A DNA stretch of 64,000 nucleotides from an uncultured Verrucomicrobiota bacterium (GTDB lineage Bacteria > Verrucomicrobiota > Verrucomicrobiia > Limisphaerales > AAA164-E04). Within the stretch, counting starts at the first letter, position 1. The number at the start of each line of letters is the position of its first letter. The notes under the pieces were generated by a model that was not told the DNA's origin, searched no databases, and saw only the letters and a list, made by a program, of their open reading frames with translations. Positions 1 to 10,413 of this stretch are shown here, in pieces. The position numbers and the translations under genes were made by a program. The stretch lies in assembly GCA_913061285.1 (NCBI GenBank), contig CAJXVR010000003.1, positions 748-64,747 on the forward strand, given 5' to 3'.

Positions 1-139
1 AGCCTTCAGGGGCTTTGATGCGGTCGATTGGTGTAGCCTTGTTTTCGTTGATGGCTGCACCCGCTTGTCGTTGGGCCATTAGCGATGGCACGAGGCTACA
101 GATCACCAGGATGGTGATAAGGCGATGAGGTAATTTCAT
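1..139 (-). CDS. 5' fragment (runs off window) of a secreted protein, probably a PVC-type membrane-bound dehydrogenase/heme-binding protein
   Basis: Manual translation MKLPHRLITILVICSLVPSLMAQRQAGAAINENKATPIDRIKAPEG: a signal peptide, then an 'IKAPEG(F)' segment like the start of PVC dehydrogenase propellers; co-directional with the phoD-like gene. Confidence 0.55.
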   Translation of the reverse strand, partial: MKLPHRLITILVICSLVPSLMAQRQAGAAINENKATPIDRIKAPEG

Positions 140-179
140 TGTTTGATTCTCGTTCGTAGGACGGGGTTGTGTTCTTTTG

Positions 180-2003
180 TTATCGGTTGGTCACAGATTC
201 GGCGTAGGCCAGCTCTCCGGTGCGCCCATCGTAGTATTGTACGATAACCTGAGGATCCGGATACGCGACCCAGCGAGTGTCACCGAGTTTCTTGGGCATG
301 TTGAAGACGTTATTCACTTGGACGACGGCGAAGTGTGGGTAGAGCCGTTCTAAACGGGGGAGATCGGGAAGCAAGTAACTGCTCCAGCGGATATCACATT
401 CTCGGGGTCCGAACTTGAATTTGCCGGTTGCGGGTCGATCGCTTTCGTCAAGTTTCGGAACGTGGTTGACGCTATTGTGGGGGCCGCAGCAAAATTCCCA
501 AATGCGATCGGTGATCTTGATCGCAAAGCTATTGTGGAGATCGCCGGTCATGACGAGAACTGGTTTTTCCAGCGTTTCCCAAAAGCTGATGAGGGATTCT
601 CGCTCATCAAAGAAACCGGTCCACGCTTCTTCTTTGTTCGCGTTGTCTGCTTCAAAGCCGCCGGCGCCGCTATGGGGAATCATGAATGGCACGGTAGAGA
701 TAATGAAGAAGAAACTAGCATCGCTTTCTCGCATGCTTTTCGTCAGCCATTCTCGCTGGGCGTTTCCAAGCAGTGATAGACCTGGTTTGTCGCGTTGGCT
801 GATGTCGTGCATGTCCCGGTCACCGCGCGTATCGATGAGATAGTATTCACAATTGCTCACGCGAAATTTGCCGTAGCTTCGTCGGCCAATCGAGTAGGTC
901 ACGTCATCGCTTACCTTGGCCGGCATATGAAGTCTGAGCGTGTTGGCATTGACAACTTCTGCGATATCGTAGACGTAGGAGTTGGGATGTCCGTCGTCGT
1001 TGTCATACTGCATGTCGTTGACTCCGGCCTCTTTGGTTCCCCAGTGGACGTGCAGGTTGAGCATCTCATCGAGGGGGAGGCTGGTGAAGTCGGCAGAGAG
1101 ATCGACGAGCAGGTCGGAGCCTGCCGTCATGCGGGCGAAACCGTAGTGGACATCTTGATCGTGTTCCGTGGGGTTGGCCCATCCTAGGTAGTTGTACCAA
1201 GCGTAGGTTCCGATATCGCGAAAGACCGTTCGTCGGTGCCGTTTGCCCGCGCTTCCTGCGCCCCAGATGTCATTGACGAGTTCGTGGTCGTCAAAGGTGA
1301 AATAGCTGGGAACGTTGCGATGCCATTTTGATAGTTCGGTACCTCGGCTTAAGTAGAGTTTGTAGTTCTCCCAGACGCCGACGACGGAAGGCATAGCTGA
1401 AACGGCGCGAGGGACCGAGTCGATTCCCTGTGTGAGTCGCCAGGCTTCAACCGGGTACTCCCGAAGTTCTTCATACAGCCAATCTCCATTCATGATGTGA
1501 AAATTGACCTTGGATGCCCAATCGCGATTGAGATGTTCGTAGGTTGGCGCTCGGTGTCCTAGTCCGTGGAGTGGATTCTGGTTCGCGCAGGAACCGATTT
1601 GGAACCGAAAATTAAATAGGCCGTCGGGATTGTACTGTGCGTTCCTTGTGGTTGCAGCGCTTGGGAGGGTTCGAAACTGTCCGGGCCAGCCGTGGGGACG
1701 TCCGTTGACCCAAACTTGATAGTGATATTGAGTGTCGGGAACGAGGTTAGGAACGATGACGAAGCCTGTATTGTCGTTCTTTAATTCGGTCCTTGCTGTT
1801 GGTGCGCGCTCTGTGAGGGCTCCAGCGGTCGTTCCGAAATGGACGACGAATTCGCCGGGATCTGAGGTGCGAACCCAAACTCGTACGGAGTCTGATTCAA
1901 TGTGTCCGAGCATTGGCCCGTGGGTAAGTCGGATCGGATCCCGTTCGGCCCTGAGGATCAGGGTAGACAGCATGGCGACTGTGATGATGAGTCGGCGGTA
2001 CAT
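180..2003 (-). CDS. PhoD-like alkaline phosphatase / metallophosphoesterase
   Basis: Signal peptide, FN3-like N-domain (HGPMLG..VWVRT), motifs GSC, NGDWLY, FDDHELVND, IDTR, TGDLH. Confidence 0.85.
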   Translation of the reverse strand: MYRRLIITVAMLSTLILRAERDPIRLTHGPMLGHIESDSVRVWVRTSDPGEFVVHFGTTAGALTERAPTARTELKNDNTGFVIVPNLVPDTQYHYQVWVNGRPHGWPGQFRTLPSAATTRNAQYNPDGLFNFRFQIGSCANQNPLHGLGHRAPTYEHLNRDWASKVNFHIMNGDWLYEELREYPVEAWRLTQGIDSVPRAVSAMPSVVGVWENYKLYLSRGTELSKWHRNVPSYFTFDDHELVNDIWGAGSAGKRHRRTVFRDIGTYAWYNYLGWANPTEHDQDVHYGFARMTAGSDLLVDLSADFTSLPLDEMLNLHVHWGTKEAGVNDMQYDNDDGHPNSYVYDIAEVVNANTLRLHMPAKVSDDVTYSIGRRSYGKFRVSNCEYYLIDTRGDRDMHDISQRDKPGLSLLGNAQREWLTKSMRESDASFFFIISTVPFMIPHSGAGGFEADNANKEEAWTGFFDERESLISFWETLEKPVLVMTGDLHNSFAIKITDRIWEFCCGPHNSVNHVPKLDESDRPATGKFKFGPRECDIRWSSYLLPDLPRLERLYPHFAVVQVNNVFNMPKKLGDTRWVAYPDPQVIVQYYDGRTGELAYAESVTNR

Positions 2004-2096
2004 GTCCGTAGCCTAGATTATGAGCCTGGAGTCGCCAAGGGCCAATCGTGTGGCGCAACGTCGGAGGCTGGTCAGATGGGAGAGAACCCCGGGAAC

Positions 2097-2124
2097 GAAA
2101 AGGGACCGCTTTTGAGCGGTCCCT
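2097..2124 (-). terminator. Rho-independent terminator of the zinc metalloprotease gene
   Basis: AGGGACCGCT-tttg-AGCGGTCCCT 10-bp stem, T-run on the minus strand, about 25 nt after the stop at 2150. Confidence 0.75.
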
Positions 2125-2149
2125 CGTGATTCGATGGGCCTAAGCTAAC

Positions 2150-4786
2150 CTATTTTGATGCGGCTGGGGACGCACTCCGAATGGCCGGGAGCAACTTCAA
2201 GACATCCTGTTGATCGAGGTACCATTTTCGAAGGGAACGGGAAAGCATCGAGTCTTTGAAGGACTTGAAGAGCTTGATGTTCAAGGCCGCCTCGACGTCT
2301 CCTTTGAGCTTCTTGTTAATGTTGGACTTTCCTTCCTTAGACCAGCTCTTGTAGGAGCCGATGCGATCGGTCAGCATTTGGGCTGCTGCGATGCGAGTCG
2401 GGATTGAGTATTTGTAGTCGGTCACTTCGACCCGTGCCTTGTCAATCTTGCCTTTGACGACTTTCTTCTCATCTTTCTCGGTGATGATTTTACTGGCGAA
2501 CTCGATCAGGCGCTTCTCGAACTTGGAAATGATGTCATCGTCTTCCAGTCCTTCGTTTGCGACCACGCCAAGGTCTCGCTTGGCCGTGGTGAAGACTCGG
2601 CATGCTTCAAGAACCATGGCGTCGCTAAGCTTGTCGAAGTAGATGGCGGCCCGTTTCTTGATGAGGGCTTGCTCTTCTTCGGTGAATTCATGGACTTGGT
2701 CGTCAAGTCCGGTGAATGATTTGTAGGCGGGTGATTCCAGGAGTTTGCCAAGGCGCTCGTTGAGATCGCTTCCTTTGATTGCGAGCGCTGCCTGGACTTC
2801 CTTGGGTTTTTTCTTGAGATCTAGTTTTCCGGTTCCAGGAAGGAAGGAGAAGATGGCGCGATCGATTCCTCCAAGTGCTTCGATCTGCTCGTTCAGTCGT
2901 TTCCAATGAGCTTTCTTGACTTCCAAATCGTTGAGGTCTCCAACGAATTCGAATTGATTTTCGATGGTCAAGGATCGGCTGCCGGTATTGAACCAGCGGA
3001 GTAAGTCCCGGAGATTGAAGCCGACCGAACGGGCGATGCCATTGACTCGAAGATTAACCTTTTCAAGTGGCAAGCGATCGCGGGCATCTTTGGGTGCCTT
3101 TGCCTGGATAAAGGTTTCGATAAGCGAACCTGGTAAGCGGTTTATCGTGTCGGAAATATTGGCGTAGGCAGTGACGACTGGATCCTTTCCGTAGTCAAAA
3201 ACTGTGACGTCATCCCAACGATAGGCATCGTCGTCAGAAGCGAAAAGCGTCTCCTCTTCTGCCACTGTTGGGTCATCGTAGTAGCCCCATTGAATCGCTC
3301 CTTTGTCGTGAGGAAGAACGGTGTCGGTGGTCCGCATCTTGGCTCCGGTCAGTGCCATGGCAGGAAACACCTGATATTCCATCATGGAATTTGACGTGTA
3401 GTCATTTTCATATTCTGAAAGGTCTTCCTTATTCAGGTAGGCCTTGAGCCATTGATCTAGGCGAGCATGGGAAACGGTAGAGTCGAGACTTCCGGCAAAA
3501 TTGTGACGAAGGCCAAGGACGTGCCCTACTTCGTGGGCGACAATCCCTCGGACGTAATCTTGGGACATTTGGAGGACCATTTCATCACTCACTCCAGGAT
3601 CAGCAAGAACCTTCTCTAGTCCGTCGGCGTATTGCTTGGCAAAGGCGTGGTGAGAGACTTGGCAGACAGTTGAATGAGGCCAGAATGCGGATTCTTCGGG
3701 TTTGTCTTCGCCTTCTTCTTCTTTTTCTTCCTTCTCCACGGCAGCGCGCATGCGGCGTAGGATTTGTCGAGCCCGGGCTTTTCCAGAAATGGCGAAGGTG
3801 CTGGTCATGTATGCTTGGCCACGTTGGGATTCGCCTGTGATAGGATCGACGAGAATATCAGCATAGGCGAATCCTGCGTTATCCCAGGGTACCCACTGAA
3901 CGATGTTATGAGCGACATCCGGTGCCGTGATACCCTCGGGGGCCTGATCTACTTCGATGATCTTTCGGCCGAAGGCGCGATTCCAATATTCGATCCCGCC
4001 TTTGATGGCGTCGACATAGTCAGCTGGCGTGTTACTGCTGTAGTAAAACTTAAGTGGCTTCTCGATGTCGAAGCGGGCAACTTTGGTTGCTGAGCGACCG
4101 GTAGTTTTTTCGAGTCGGGCGGCTGTTTCAAAGAATCGGACGTATCGATCCTGTTGTTGGTTGTACTCCTTACCCTTGTAGTCTCCGGGTTCGTAGGGTT
4201 TGATGAAATATCGAATCTCGTAGCGACCTTCCACATCGGTGCTGAACTGTCTGCTGCGAAGCTGAGCACTCTGACGGATGACTAATTGATTCCCGGTTTC
4301 ACTGACTTCGAAGACACGGGCTCCGGGGATTTCTTGAGTGCGCTCCCCTGCAACGGCATTGTAGCGCCGGCCCACGGAGTACCAGATATCAGTGAAGGCG
4401 CGTCGCATCCCTTTGTTGAAATCGATGGTCACGAGTTCCTCATTCTTGTCGACAATGGGGAAGGAAGCGACGAGTCGGCGAGCCGGTAATTCATCCGTCA
4501 CCACCAATCCGTCAGGATCCTCAAAAAGATCGACGGCATCGTCGAAGAGTTCGAAGGTGACAATCTTTCCCGCTAGGCCAGTGCTGGTGGCTGCCAGGCT
4601 TTGGGGAATGACGGAAATGGACATTATGAATTTCTGTCCAAAAGCGTCTCTAGGTATCCCGAGATAGTGTCCATCTGCGGGTTTGAGCGTTGCAGCGTGG
4701 CCTTCGTGATGGTCTGCCCGGGTTGCTTGGATGCCCGAGGTGAAAGCAATTGCTAGGGTTAGCAATGGTACGAATAACTTCATCAT
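2150..4786 (-). CDS. Secreted zinc-dependent metalloprotease (EcxA-like, DUF5117/DUF4953 type)
   Basis: HEVGHVLGLRHNF metzincin motif, SMMEY Met-turn, GIEYWNRAFG and DPITGE motifs; start placed at MMKLF before the signal peptide. Confidence 0.85.
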   Translation of the reverse strand: MMKLFVPLLTLAIAFTSGIQATRADHHEGHAATLKPADGHYLGIPRDAFGQKFIMSISVIPQSLAATSTGLAGKIVTFELFDDAVDLFEDPDGLVVTDELPARRLVASFPIVDKNEELVTIDFNKGMRRAFTDIWYSVGRRYNAVAGERTQEIPGARVFEVSETGNQLVIRQSAQLRSRQFSTDVEGRYEIRYFIKPYEPGDYKGKEYNQQQDRYVRFFETAARLEKTTGRSATKVARFDIEKPLKFYYSSNTPADYVDAIKGGIEYWNRAFGRKIIEVDQAPEGITAPDVAHNIVQWVPWDNAGFAYADILVDPITGESQRGQAYMTSTFAISGKARARQILRRMRAAVEKEEKEEEGEDKPEESAFWPHSTVCQVSHHAFAKQYADGLEKVLADPGVSDEMVLQMSQDYVRGIVAHEVGHVLGLRHNFAGSLDSTVSHARLDQWLKAYLNKEDLSEYENDYTSNSMMEYQVFPAMALTGAKMRTTDTVLPHDKGAIQWGYYDDPTVAEEETLFASDDDAYRWDDVTVFDYGKDPVVTAYANISDTINRLPGSLIETFIQAKAPKDARDRLPLEKVNLRVNGIARSVGFNLRDLLRWFNTGSRSLTIENQFEFVGDLNDLEVKKAHWKRLNEQIEALGGIDRAIFSFLPGTGKLDLKKKPKEVQAALAIKGSDLNERLGKLLESPAYKSFTGLDDQVHEFTEEEQALIKKRAAIYFDKLSDAMVLEACRVFTTAKRDLGVVANEGLEDDDIISKFEKRLIEFASKIITEKDEKKVVKGKIDKARVEVTDYKYSIPTRIAAAQMLTDRIGSYKSWSKEGKSNINKKLKGDVEAALNIKLFKSFKDSMLSRSLRKWYLDQQDVLKLLPAIRSASPAASK

Positions 4787-4894
4787 TTCTAACTTAGAGT
4801 TAAAGGGGTCCTTGGAGGAGGTCAATGCCGAATTATGCGACTTTAGATTTCCGATTGTTTCTTCTGGGGACGCGACGTATTTTCGAGAATTCTC

Positions 4895-7543
4895 ATGAAG
4901 ATCGCTAATCTTGTTCTGTTGGCCTATTGGTCCTGTCTTGTCTCTCTGCGAGCTGACCTCGGAGAGAATGAACGGGCCGTTCTCTCGAAGAATCTCCTGG
5001 CTGTTCTAGAACACAGCGAACCGCTTGCCAGCGAACGACATCATCGCCTGCCGCTCTGGGTGCTCCCGATTTCAGGGCATCTCGCTAAAGTGAAAGACAG
5101 CGTAGCTGCTCAAACGTTACGAGAACTTAATTCTCGTGGAATCGGCTACACCGTCAATTGGCAACCAGAACGACTGAGTGAGTCCTTGGCTGAAAGTCTG
5201 AGAATTGGCCTCATCCAGCAGGAGAATGGATATGAGGTTGGTGTGAATGCGAACGCTTGTCTCTACTCCTTCTTTGATGGGAGCGATGAGATGCTTCATC
5301 GAGATGCTACCGGAGCGGTCTTTGCTGAGTCGTCCTTTGGTGGTGTTCTCGGCTGCCCCTTTGCTATTGAGCATCGCTATCCAGTGATGAAGGAACGGGT
5401 AGAGCAATTTCTACGGGCCTATCGAGACGCTGGGGTGGGCATCGATTTTATCTTTGCTGATTGGGAAATTGATGGGCCTATCGAGTGGAATGATGCTTGG
5501 AAGAGTTCCAAACGCTGCCAACGTTGTCGCGACCGGCTGCCGAATCTCGAGGATTTCAGGGTGTTTCAGCGGGAATTGCGACGCGTTCGGAGTGAGATGC
5601 AACGGGTTGTTTTCGGTGATCTCGTCCGGTCCTATTTTCCGAAAGCACTGGTTGGGAATTATGGTGTCTACCCGCACGAAGGGCATCGATACTGGTATGA
5701 CTATTTTGAAACGGAGACCGCAGGAGCACCTTTCCTTCAGGACCAGAATGCCAAATATCGTGAATGGTATCCGGAGTTTCCGGAAACCGGGTATTCGTTC
5801 GCGATGCCTGTGGTGTATCCTTGGTACAATACCTTTCTGTGGTACGACTTTGCTTCGGATGACTACCGATGGGTCTACAATATGTTGCTAGTAGGATCCA
5901 ATGCGGGAAGGGCCACGCCACCGGAAACACCCCTTATCCCTTTTGTGCATTGGCACACAACCGCTCCGCCAAAGGATCCGAATCCGATGGTGCCACAATT
6001 GTCGAAGGAAAAATATCAGGAACTCCTCTGGCATCTCTTGCTGCGGGGGCACGATACGTTTTTCTTATGGTGCCTGAATGAAGAGCTGGCGGAGGAGGTG
6101 AGTTTGGTTCACGAGGTCTATCGCGAGTCTCTCGAGTATGCGAGTTTCTTAGATAAGGGAATTCCTCTTTCTCATTCCGTCTCAGAGCAACCGGGCGCCG
6201 TGATCTCTGGACTCCGAGTCGGCAGTGAGGCGCTCGTTCTTCGGTCGGATTTCGATAGCAAGGCGCGGACCGTTACACTGCGATTGAATGACCAGGAGCA
6301 ATTGCTGGTACCGCGAGATGGCGAGCTACAGGTACTGACGGTTCGTTCGGCTCCGATTCGAGATGGCTTTATTGAGCAGGGGGGGCGCCGACGATTTCCG
6401 ATTGGTAGCTATGAGTTGCCCAATGATGATCGTGCTCTGGAAGAAATGGTGTTGGCGGGTATCAATCTCTTCCGATGCAATAGTCGTGGTGACCTTGACC
6501 GCGTGGCGCGCTTTGGTGGCATGGGTTGGATCCCGCTGAGCGTGCAGGAAGGAGCGACCGCCGGCTTGAGGGAACGGATTGAGTCGGTTGCTGGGCACCC
6601 TGCCTTGGTTGTCTGGGAAGGGCCTGACGAAATTATTTGGACCTACACGGCCTACAGTTTCTTGGAACGTGTCGCGGGCTTTTCCCGGGAGGACTGGAAC
6701 AATCAGAAATCGATTGCGGTCGAGTATTCCCAGAAACAATCACGGGTGATTAATCCGGCCATACATGAGGGAATTCAGCTGGCACGGGAATTGGATCCGA
6801 ATGGGCTTCCCTTTTGGATTAATGAGGCGGCCGATAGTGACGTTTTTTTTGCAAGGGAGACGGTCGATTCAGTCGATATTTTAGGCTGCGACTACTACGC
6901 AGTCCGGGCGAGTGGCACGGATTTGCCTAGTGTTGGCCGGCTGGTTGATCGTTGGCGTGCCATTGGGCTTGAGAGACCCGTTTGGATGGTGCTGCAGGGG
7001 TTCTCGTGGCATGCCATCAAACCAGAGCGTGCAAAGCTATATCCTAGTTTTGAGCAGTCTCGATTCATGGCCTATGACACCATTGTTCATGGAACCCGAG
7101 GTGTGTCATACTGGGGGACCAATACCATTGATGATCCTGATTTTCGTCAGTCCTTGTATGCCTTGACAAGTGAGTTGAATGCACTGGAACCATTTCTCGT
7201 TGCCAACTCGATTCCTTCGGTTTCTGCCAGAATTATTCCGGATCTCTTTGAGCCGCCTGGCAGTGGCGTTCGGGCCATGGGCAAGACTCGGGGGACGGAT
7301 TTGCTCGTGATTCTCGTCAACGAAGATCCAGGACGTCACTTGGGGGTAGAGGTCCAAGGGCTATCCAAATTCCGTGGGCGAAGATTGTATGAACTATATG
7401 GGGAGGAAGTTCAAACGATTCGACGGGAGGGCTTCGTCACTCGAATGCAAGGACATCAGGTGAAGGTCTTCAGTACGAACCCGATTTTTCAGTCTTCACG
7501 GAAGCTCGGGAGGGACTTTGGAGTGCCGGTTCAGTCTGAATGA
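4895..7543 (+). CDS. Secreted hypothetical protein with two putative glycoside-hydrolase-like (TIM-barrel) domains
   Basis: 882 aa with signal peptide; acidic motifs FADWEIDGP and WEGPDE/DILGCDYY/PVWMVLQGF typical of uncharacterised GH-like barrels. Confidence 0.6.
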   Translation: MKIANLVLLAYWSCLVSLRADLGENERAVLSKNLLAVLEHSEPLASERHHRLPLWVLPISGHLAKVKDSVAAQTLRELNSRGIGYTVNWQPERLSESLAESLRIGLIQQENGYEVGVNANACLYSFFDGSDEMLHRDATGAVFAESSFGGVLGCPFAIEHRYPVMKERVEQFLRAYRDAGVGIDFIFADWEIDGPIEWNDAWKSSKRCQRCRDRLPNLEDFRVFQRELRRVRSEMQRVVFGDLVRSYFPKALVGNYGVYPHEGHRYWYDYFETETAGAPFLQDQNAKYREWYPEFPETGYSFAMPVVYPWYNTFLWYDFASDDYRWVYNMLLVGSNAGRATPPETPLIPFVHWHTTAPPKDPNPMVPQLSKEKYQELLWHLLLRGHDTFFLWCLNEELAEEVSLVHEVYRESLEYASFLDKGIPLSHSVSEQPGAVISGLRVGSEALVLRSDFDSKARTVTLRLNDQEQLLVPRDGELQVLTVRSAPIRDGFIEQGGRRRFPIGSYELPNDDRALEEMVLAGINLFRCNSRGDLDRVARFGGMGWIPLSVQEGATAGLRERIESVAGHPALVVWEGPDEIIWTYTAYSFLERVAGFSREDWNNQKSIAVEYSQKQSRVINPAIHEGIQLARELDPNGLPFWINEAADSDVFFARETVDSVDILGCDYYAVRASGTDLPSVGRLVDRWRAIGLERPVWMVLQGFSWHAIKPERAKLYPSFEQSRFMAYDTIVHGTRGVSYWGTNTIDDPDFRQSLYALTSELNALEPFLVANSIPSVSARIIPDLFEPPGSGVRAMGKTRGTDLLVILVNEDPGRHLGVEVQGLSKFRGRRLYELYGEEVQTIRREGFVTRMQGHQVKVFSTNPIFQSSRKLGRDFGVPVQSE

Positions 7544-7611
7544 GTGGTTGGGTTTATAGGGGCCAGGCTTCCGGGACTCGTGCGACGGTGCATGTATCCA
7601 GGTATGGAGGC

Positions 7612-7641
7612 TGTAACCGATCGAGCAAACGGGAAGTCTTT
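7612..7641 (+). promoter_or_regulatory. Putative ECF-sigma promoter (TGTAAC-N17-AGTC)
   Basis: Same spacing as the sites at 18665 and 24160; lies just upstream of ATG 7664. Confidence 0.35.
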
Positions 7642-7663
7642 TAGTTCAATACCCCCGAAAATC

Positions 7664-9067
7664 ATGAAGAACGTAAAACGAGAGTCGATCCTAAGCGTGC
7701 GACTTATCACGGCAATGTCCGTAGCAGTGGTCTGGGCTAGTGCGGCAGAAGCAGCCTCAAATTGGCCTCAGTGGCGTGGTCCTAATGCGAACGGAATTGT
7801 TGAGCATGGGAATCCTCCTGTGGAATGGAGCGAAACCAAGAATATCCAGTGGAAAGTCGCTGTCCCGGGCAAAGGGCATGCAACACCAATTATTTGGGAG
7901 AATAAGATTTTCCTGCTAACCGTGACATCAGCCGAGCTGCCTGCCGCGAATGCGCAAGTTCAGGGGCAACTTCAGCGGCGTCCAGGAGCTGATGGAGCGG
8001 GTGGCCAAGGGAGAGGCGAAGGGAGGCGATCACGACGGGGTCGTGGTGGTCGCGGTGGGGGCGGAGGAGCTCCTACGACCGAACATACTTTCACCACGCT
8101 TTGTCTGGATCGAGCCACGGGAAACAAGCTCTGGGAAACAGTGGGTCGAAAAGAAGTGCCTCATCAAGGTTTGCAACGAACCAATACCTACGGGTCTGGG
8201 TCTCCAACCACGGATGGGAAACATCTGTATGTGTCCTTTGGATCCCACGGTCTGTATTGCTACGATCTCAATGGAAAACTTGTTTGGGAAACCGATCTAG
8301 GGAAGGTGAACGTTACCTTTGGTGAGGCCTCGTCACCGACGCTTCACGGGGACACCTTGATCGTTGTTCAAGACAACAATGGGGACTCATTTATTTACGC
8401 CTTTGACAAGCATACTGGGAAACAGTTGTGGAAGAAGGCTCGTGACGAAGGTTCTGGTTGGACGACGCCTTATGTGATGGAACGGGATGGGAAAACTCAA
8501 GTGTTGGTGAGTGGGTCGAAGGCTGTTCGTAGCTATGACATCAAAACTGGGGAGGTCATATGGCAATGTTCAGGGCTTGGCTCAAATCCTGTTCCCATGA
8601 TAGTGGCTGATGATGAGAATATCTATGCCATGTCCGGACACCGACAACCCCTTGGCATGGCTGTTCGAATGGGTGGTGAGGGTGATTTGAGCGACTCAGA
8701 TGCGGTGCTTTGGACGACAACCCGTGGGACGCCTTACGTTCCTTCTCCCTTGCTCTACGATGGTCTCTTGTTTTATTGCCAACGCACAGACGCCATTCTG
8801 ACCTGTGTTAATGCGAAATCAGGCAAAGCCTACTTCGAACAAGAACGGCTTACTGGCGTATCTGGCGTCTATGCCTCGCCGGTGGGTGTGGATGATCGTA
8901 TCTATTTGCCAGGACAGAATGGTGCGACCGCCGTCTTCAAGAAGTCCCAGAAGTTAGAAGTGCTCGCCGTGAATAAACTTGAAGATGAGTTTGATGCGTC
9001 TCCTGCGATCATTGGGGACCAGCTCTTCTTGCGTGGGCATGCGAATCTATATTGTATTGCCGAGTGA
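7664..9067 (+). CDS. PQQ-binding-like beta-propeller protein (BamB-like, PVC expanded family)
   Basis: Signal peptide then NWPQWRGP; repeated SP..G..W propeller motifs; Gly/Arg-rich insert; ATG 7664 preferred over GTG 7544. Confidence 0.88.
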   Translation: MKNVKRESILSVRLITAMSVAVVWASAAEAASNWPQWRGPNANGIVEHGNPPVEWSETKNIQWKVAVPGKGHATPIIWENKIFLLTVTSAELPAANAQVQGQLQRRPGADGAGGQGRGEGRRSRRGRGGRGGGGGAPTTEHTFTTLCLDRATGNKLWETVGRKEVPHQGLQRTNTYGSGSPTTDGKHLYVSFGSHGLYCYDLNGKLVWETDLGKVNVTFGEASSPTLHGDTLIVVQDNNGDSFIYAFDKHTGKQLWKKARDEGSGWTTPYVMERDGKTQVLVSGSKAVRSYDIKTGEVIWQCSGLGSNPVPMIVADDENIYAMSGHRQPLGMAVRMGGEGDLSDSDAVLWTTTRGTPYVPSPLLYDGLLFYCQRTDAILTCVNAKSGKAYFEQERLTGVSGVYASPVGVDDRIYLPGQNGATAVFKKSQKLEVLAVNKLEDEFDASPAIIGDQLFLRGHANLYCIAE

Positions 9068-9092
9068 CAGATGAGGCGATTGAAGCGTTCTG

Positions 9093-9126
9093 AAAAAGGC
9101 AGCCATGAATCTTGGCTGCCTTTTTT
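9093..9126 (+). terminator. Rho-independent (possibly bidirectional) terminator
   Basis: AAAAAGGCAGCCA-tgaatct-TGGCTGCCTTTTTT. Confidence 0.85.
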
Positions 9127-9213
9127 CTCTTCCGGCTCCCTTGCTAGAAACTTGATAAATGGGCGTGTCATCTAGATGCTATCTTGAAGGCCGTAATAAA
9201 GCGTCTGCCAGAT

Positions 9214-10218
9214 ATGGAAAAACGATTCTTAGGTAATAGTGATTTGGAGCTGACCACCATTGGTCTCGGCACATGGGCAATGGGTGGGGACGATTGGGCA
9301 TTTGGTTGGGGACCGCAAGACGACGAGTCGAGTCGTCGCTCCGTTCATGAGGCGATTGATGGTGGAATCAATTGGATTGATACTGCCCCGGTGTACGGAC
9401 TCGGTCGATCTGAGCAGGTCGTAGGGGCAGCAATTCGTGATCGTCGCGATGAGCTTGTGATCGCGACGAAGTGTGGTCGAGTCTGGGATGAGACAAGGAC
9501 AATCGGAAAACGGCTCAATAAGGCAAGTATTAAGAAGGAACTTGAGGACAGTCTAGAACGCCTTCGGATCGAGCAAATCGACCTCTATCAAATGCACTGG
9601 CCCGAGCCTGATGAGGAGATTGAAGAAGGGTGGTCAACCATTGTTGAATTGATCAACGAAGGGAAGATCCGATACGGGGGAGTATCGAATTTCAGTTTGG
9701 AACAACTGCGACGGGTGCAGGCGATCCATCCCGTAACATCGCTCCAACCCCCTTACTCGATGTTTCGGCGGGCGATTGAGTCAGACCTTTTACCCTACTG
9801 CCAAGAAAACGGCATTGGCGTGCTTGCCTACAGTCCGATGCAGGCGGGATTGCTGACTGGAAAATTTACTCGAGAGCGAGCTGCGTCCTTGTCAGAGACC
9901 GATTGGAGAAAGCGAAATCCGTTCTTCAACGAACCTCAGCTGAGCGTTAATTTGGATACGATTGAAAGTCTTCAATCCATCGCTGAGCGGAATCGCTTGA
10001 CGATGGCTCAGTTGGCTCTGATCTGGATCTTGCGAGAGCCAGTCCTGACTGCCGCAATCGTCGGAGCGAGGCGACCGGGACAAATTGGTGAGACATTGAA
10101 AGCCAGTGGGGTTGGTCTTTCGAATTCGGACTTAGAGGAAATCGAGAGTATCTTGCGTCAGCGTGAGGAAAAGGTTCCTGAGATGTCAGGAGCTCAATTG
10201 CGCCCTCAGCAAAAGTAG
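9214..10218 (+). CDS. Aldo/keto reductase
   Basis: IGLGTWAMGG, IDTAPVYG, ATKCG, IDLYQMHWP, GVSNF, YSPMQAGLLTGK. Confidence 0.93.
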   Translation: MEKRFLGNSDLELTTIGLGTWAMGGDDWAFGWGPQDDESSRRSVHEAIDGGINWIDTAPVYGLGRSEQVVGAAIRDRRDELVIATKCGRVWDETRTIGKRLNKASIKKELEDSLERLRIEQIDLYQMHWPEPDEEIEEGWSTIVELINEGKIRYGGVSNFSLEQLRRVQAIHPVTSLQPPYSMFRRAIESDLLPYCQENGIGVLAYSPMQAGLLTGKFTRERAASLSETDWRKRNPFFNEPQLSVNLDTIESLQSIAERNRLTMAQLALIWILREPVLTAAIVGARRPGQIGETLKASGVGLSNSDLEEIESILRQREEKVPEMSGAQLRPQQK

Positions 10219-10242
10219 CGGTTCGGCGCGTTCTCGCTTGTT

Positions 10243-10413
10243 ATGAGACGCGATGCGTTCCTTGGGCTTTCTGTCGGGGCTTTGCTAGGATTCCTGACAG
10301 CAGCGCTTGTCGATTGGGAGCATTATCGTTCGACAGGTTTTATTTTGGCATTGGTTGGCAGCTTGGTTGGTTGCCTGATTGCTAGCCTTTATCGATTTCT
10401 GCGTGACCGTTGA
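10243..10413 (+). CDS. Small 56-aa two-helix membrane protein (absent from the ORF track)
   Basis: Manual translation MRRDAFLGLSVGALLGFLTAALVDWEHYRSTGFILALVGSLVGCLIASLYRFLRDR; two hydrophobic segments with basic ends; 24 nt after the AKR stop. Confidence 0.55.
   Translation: MRRDAFLGLSVGALLGFLTAALVDWEHYRSTGFILALVGSLVGCLIASLYRFLRDR

Noticed and set aside
7975..8070. RGG/Gly-rich low-complexity stretch in the PQQ propeller
   Set aside because: A flexible loop often seen in this protein family; no DNA-level repeat structure
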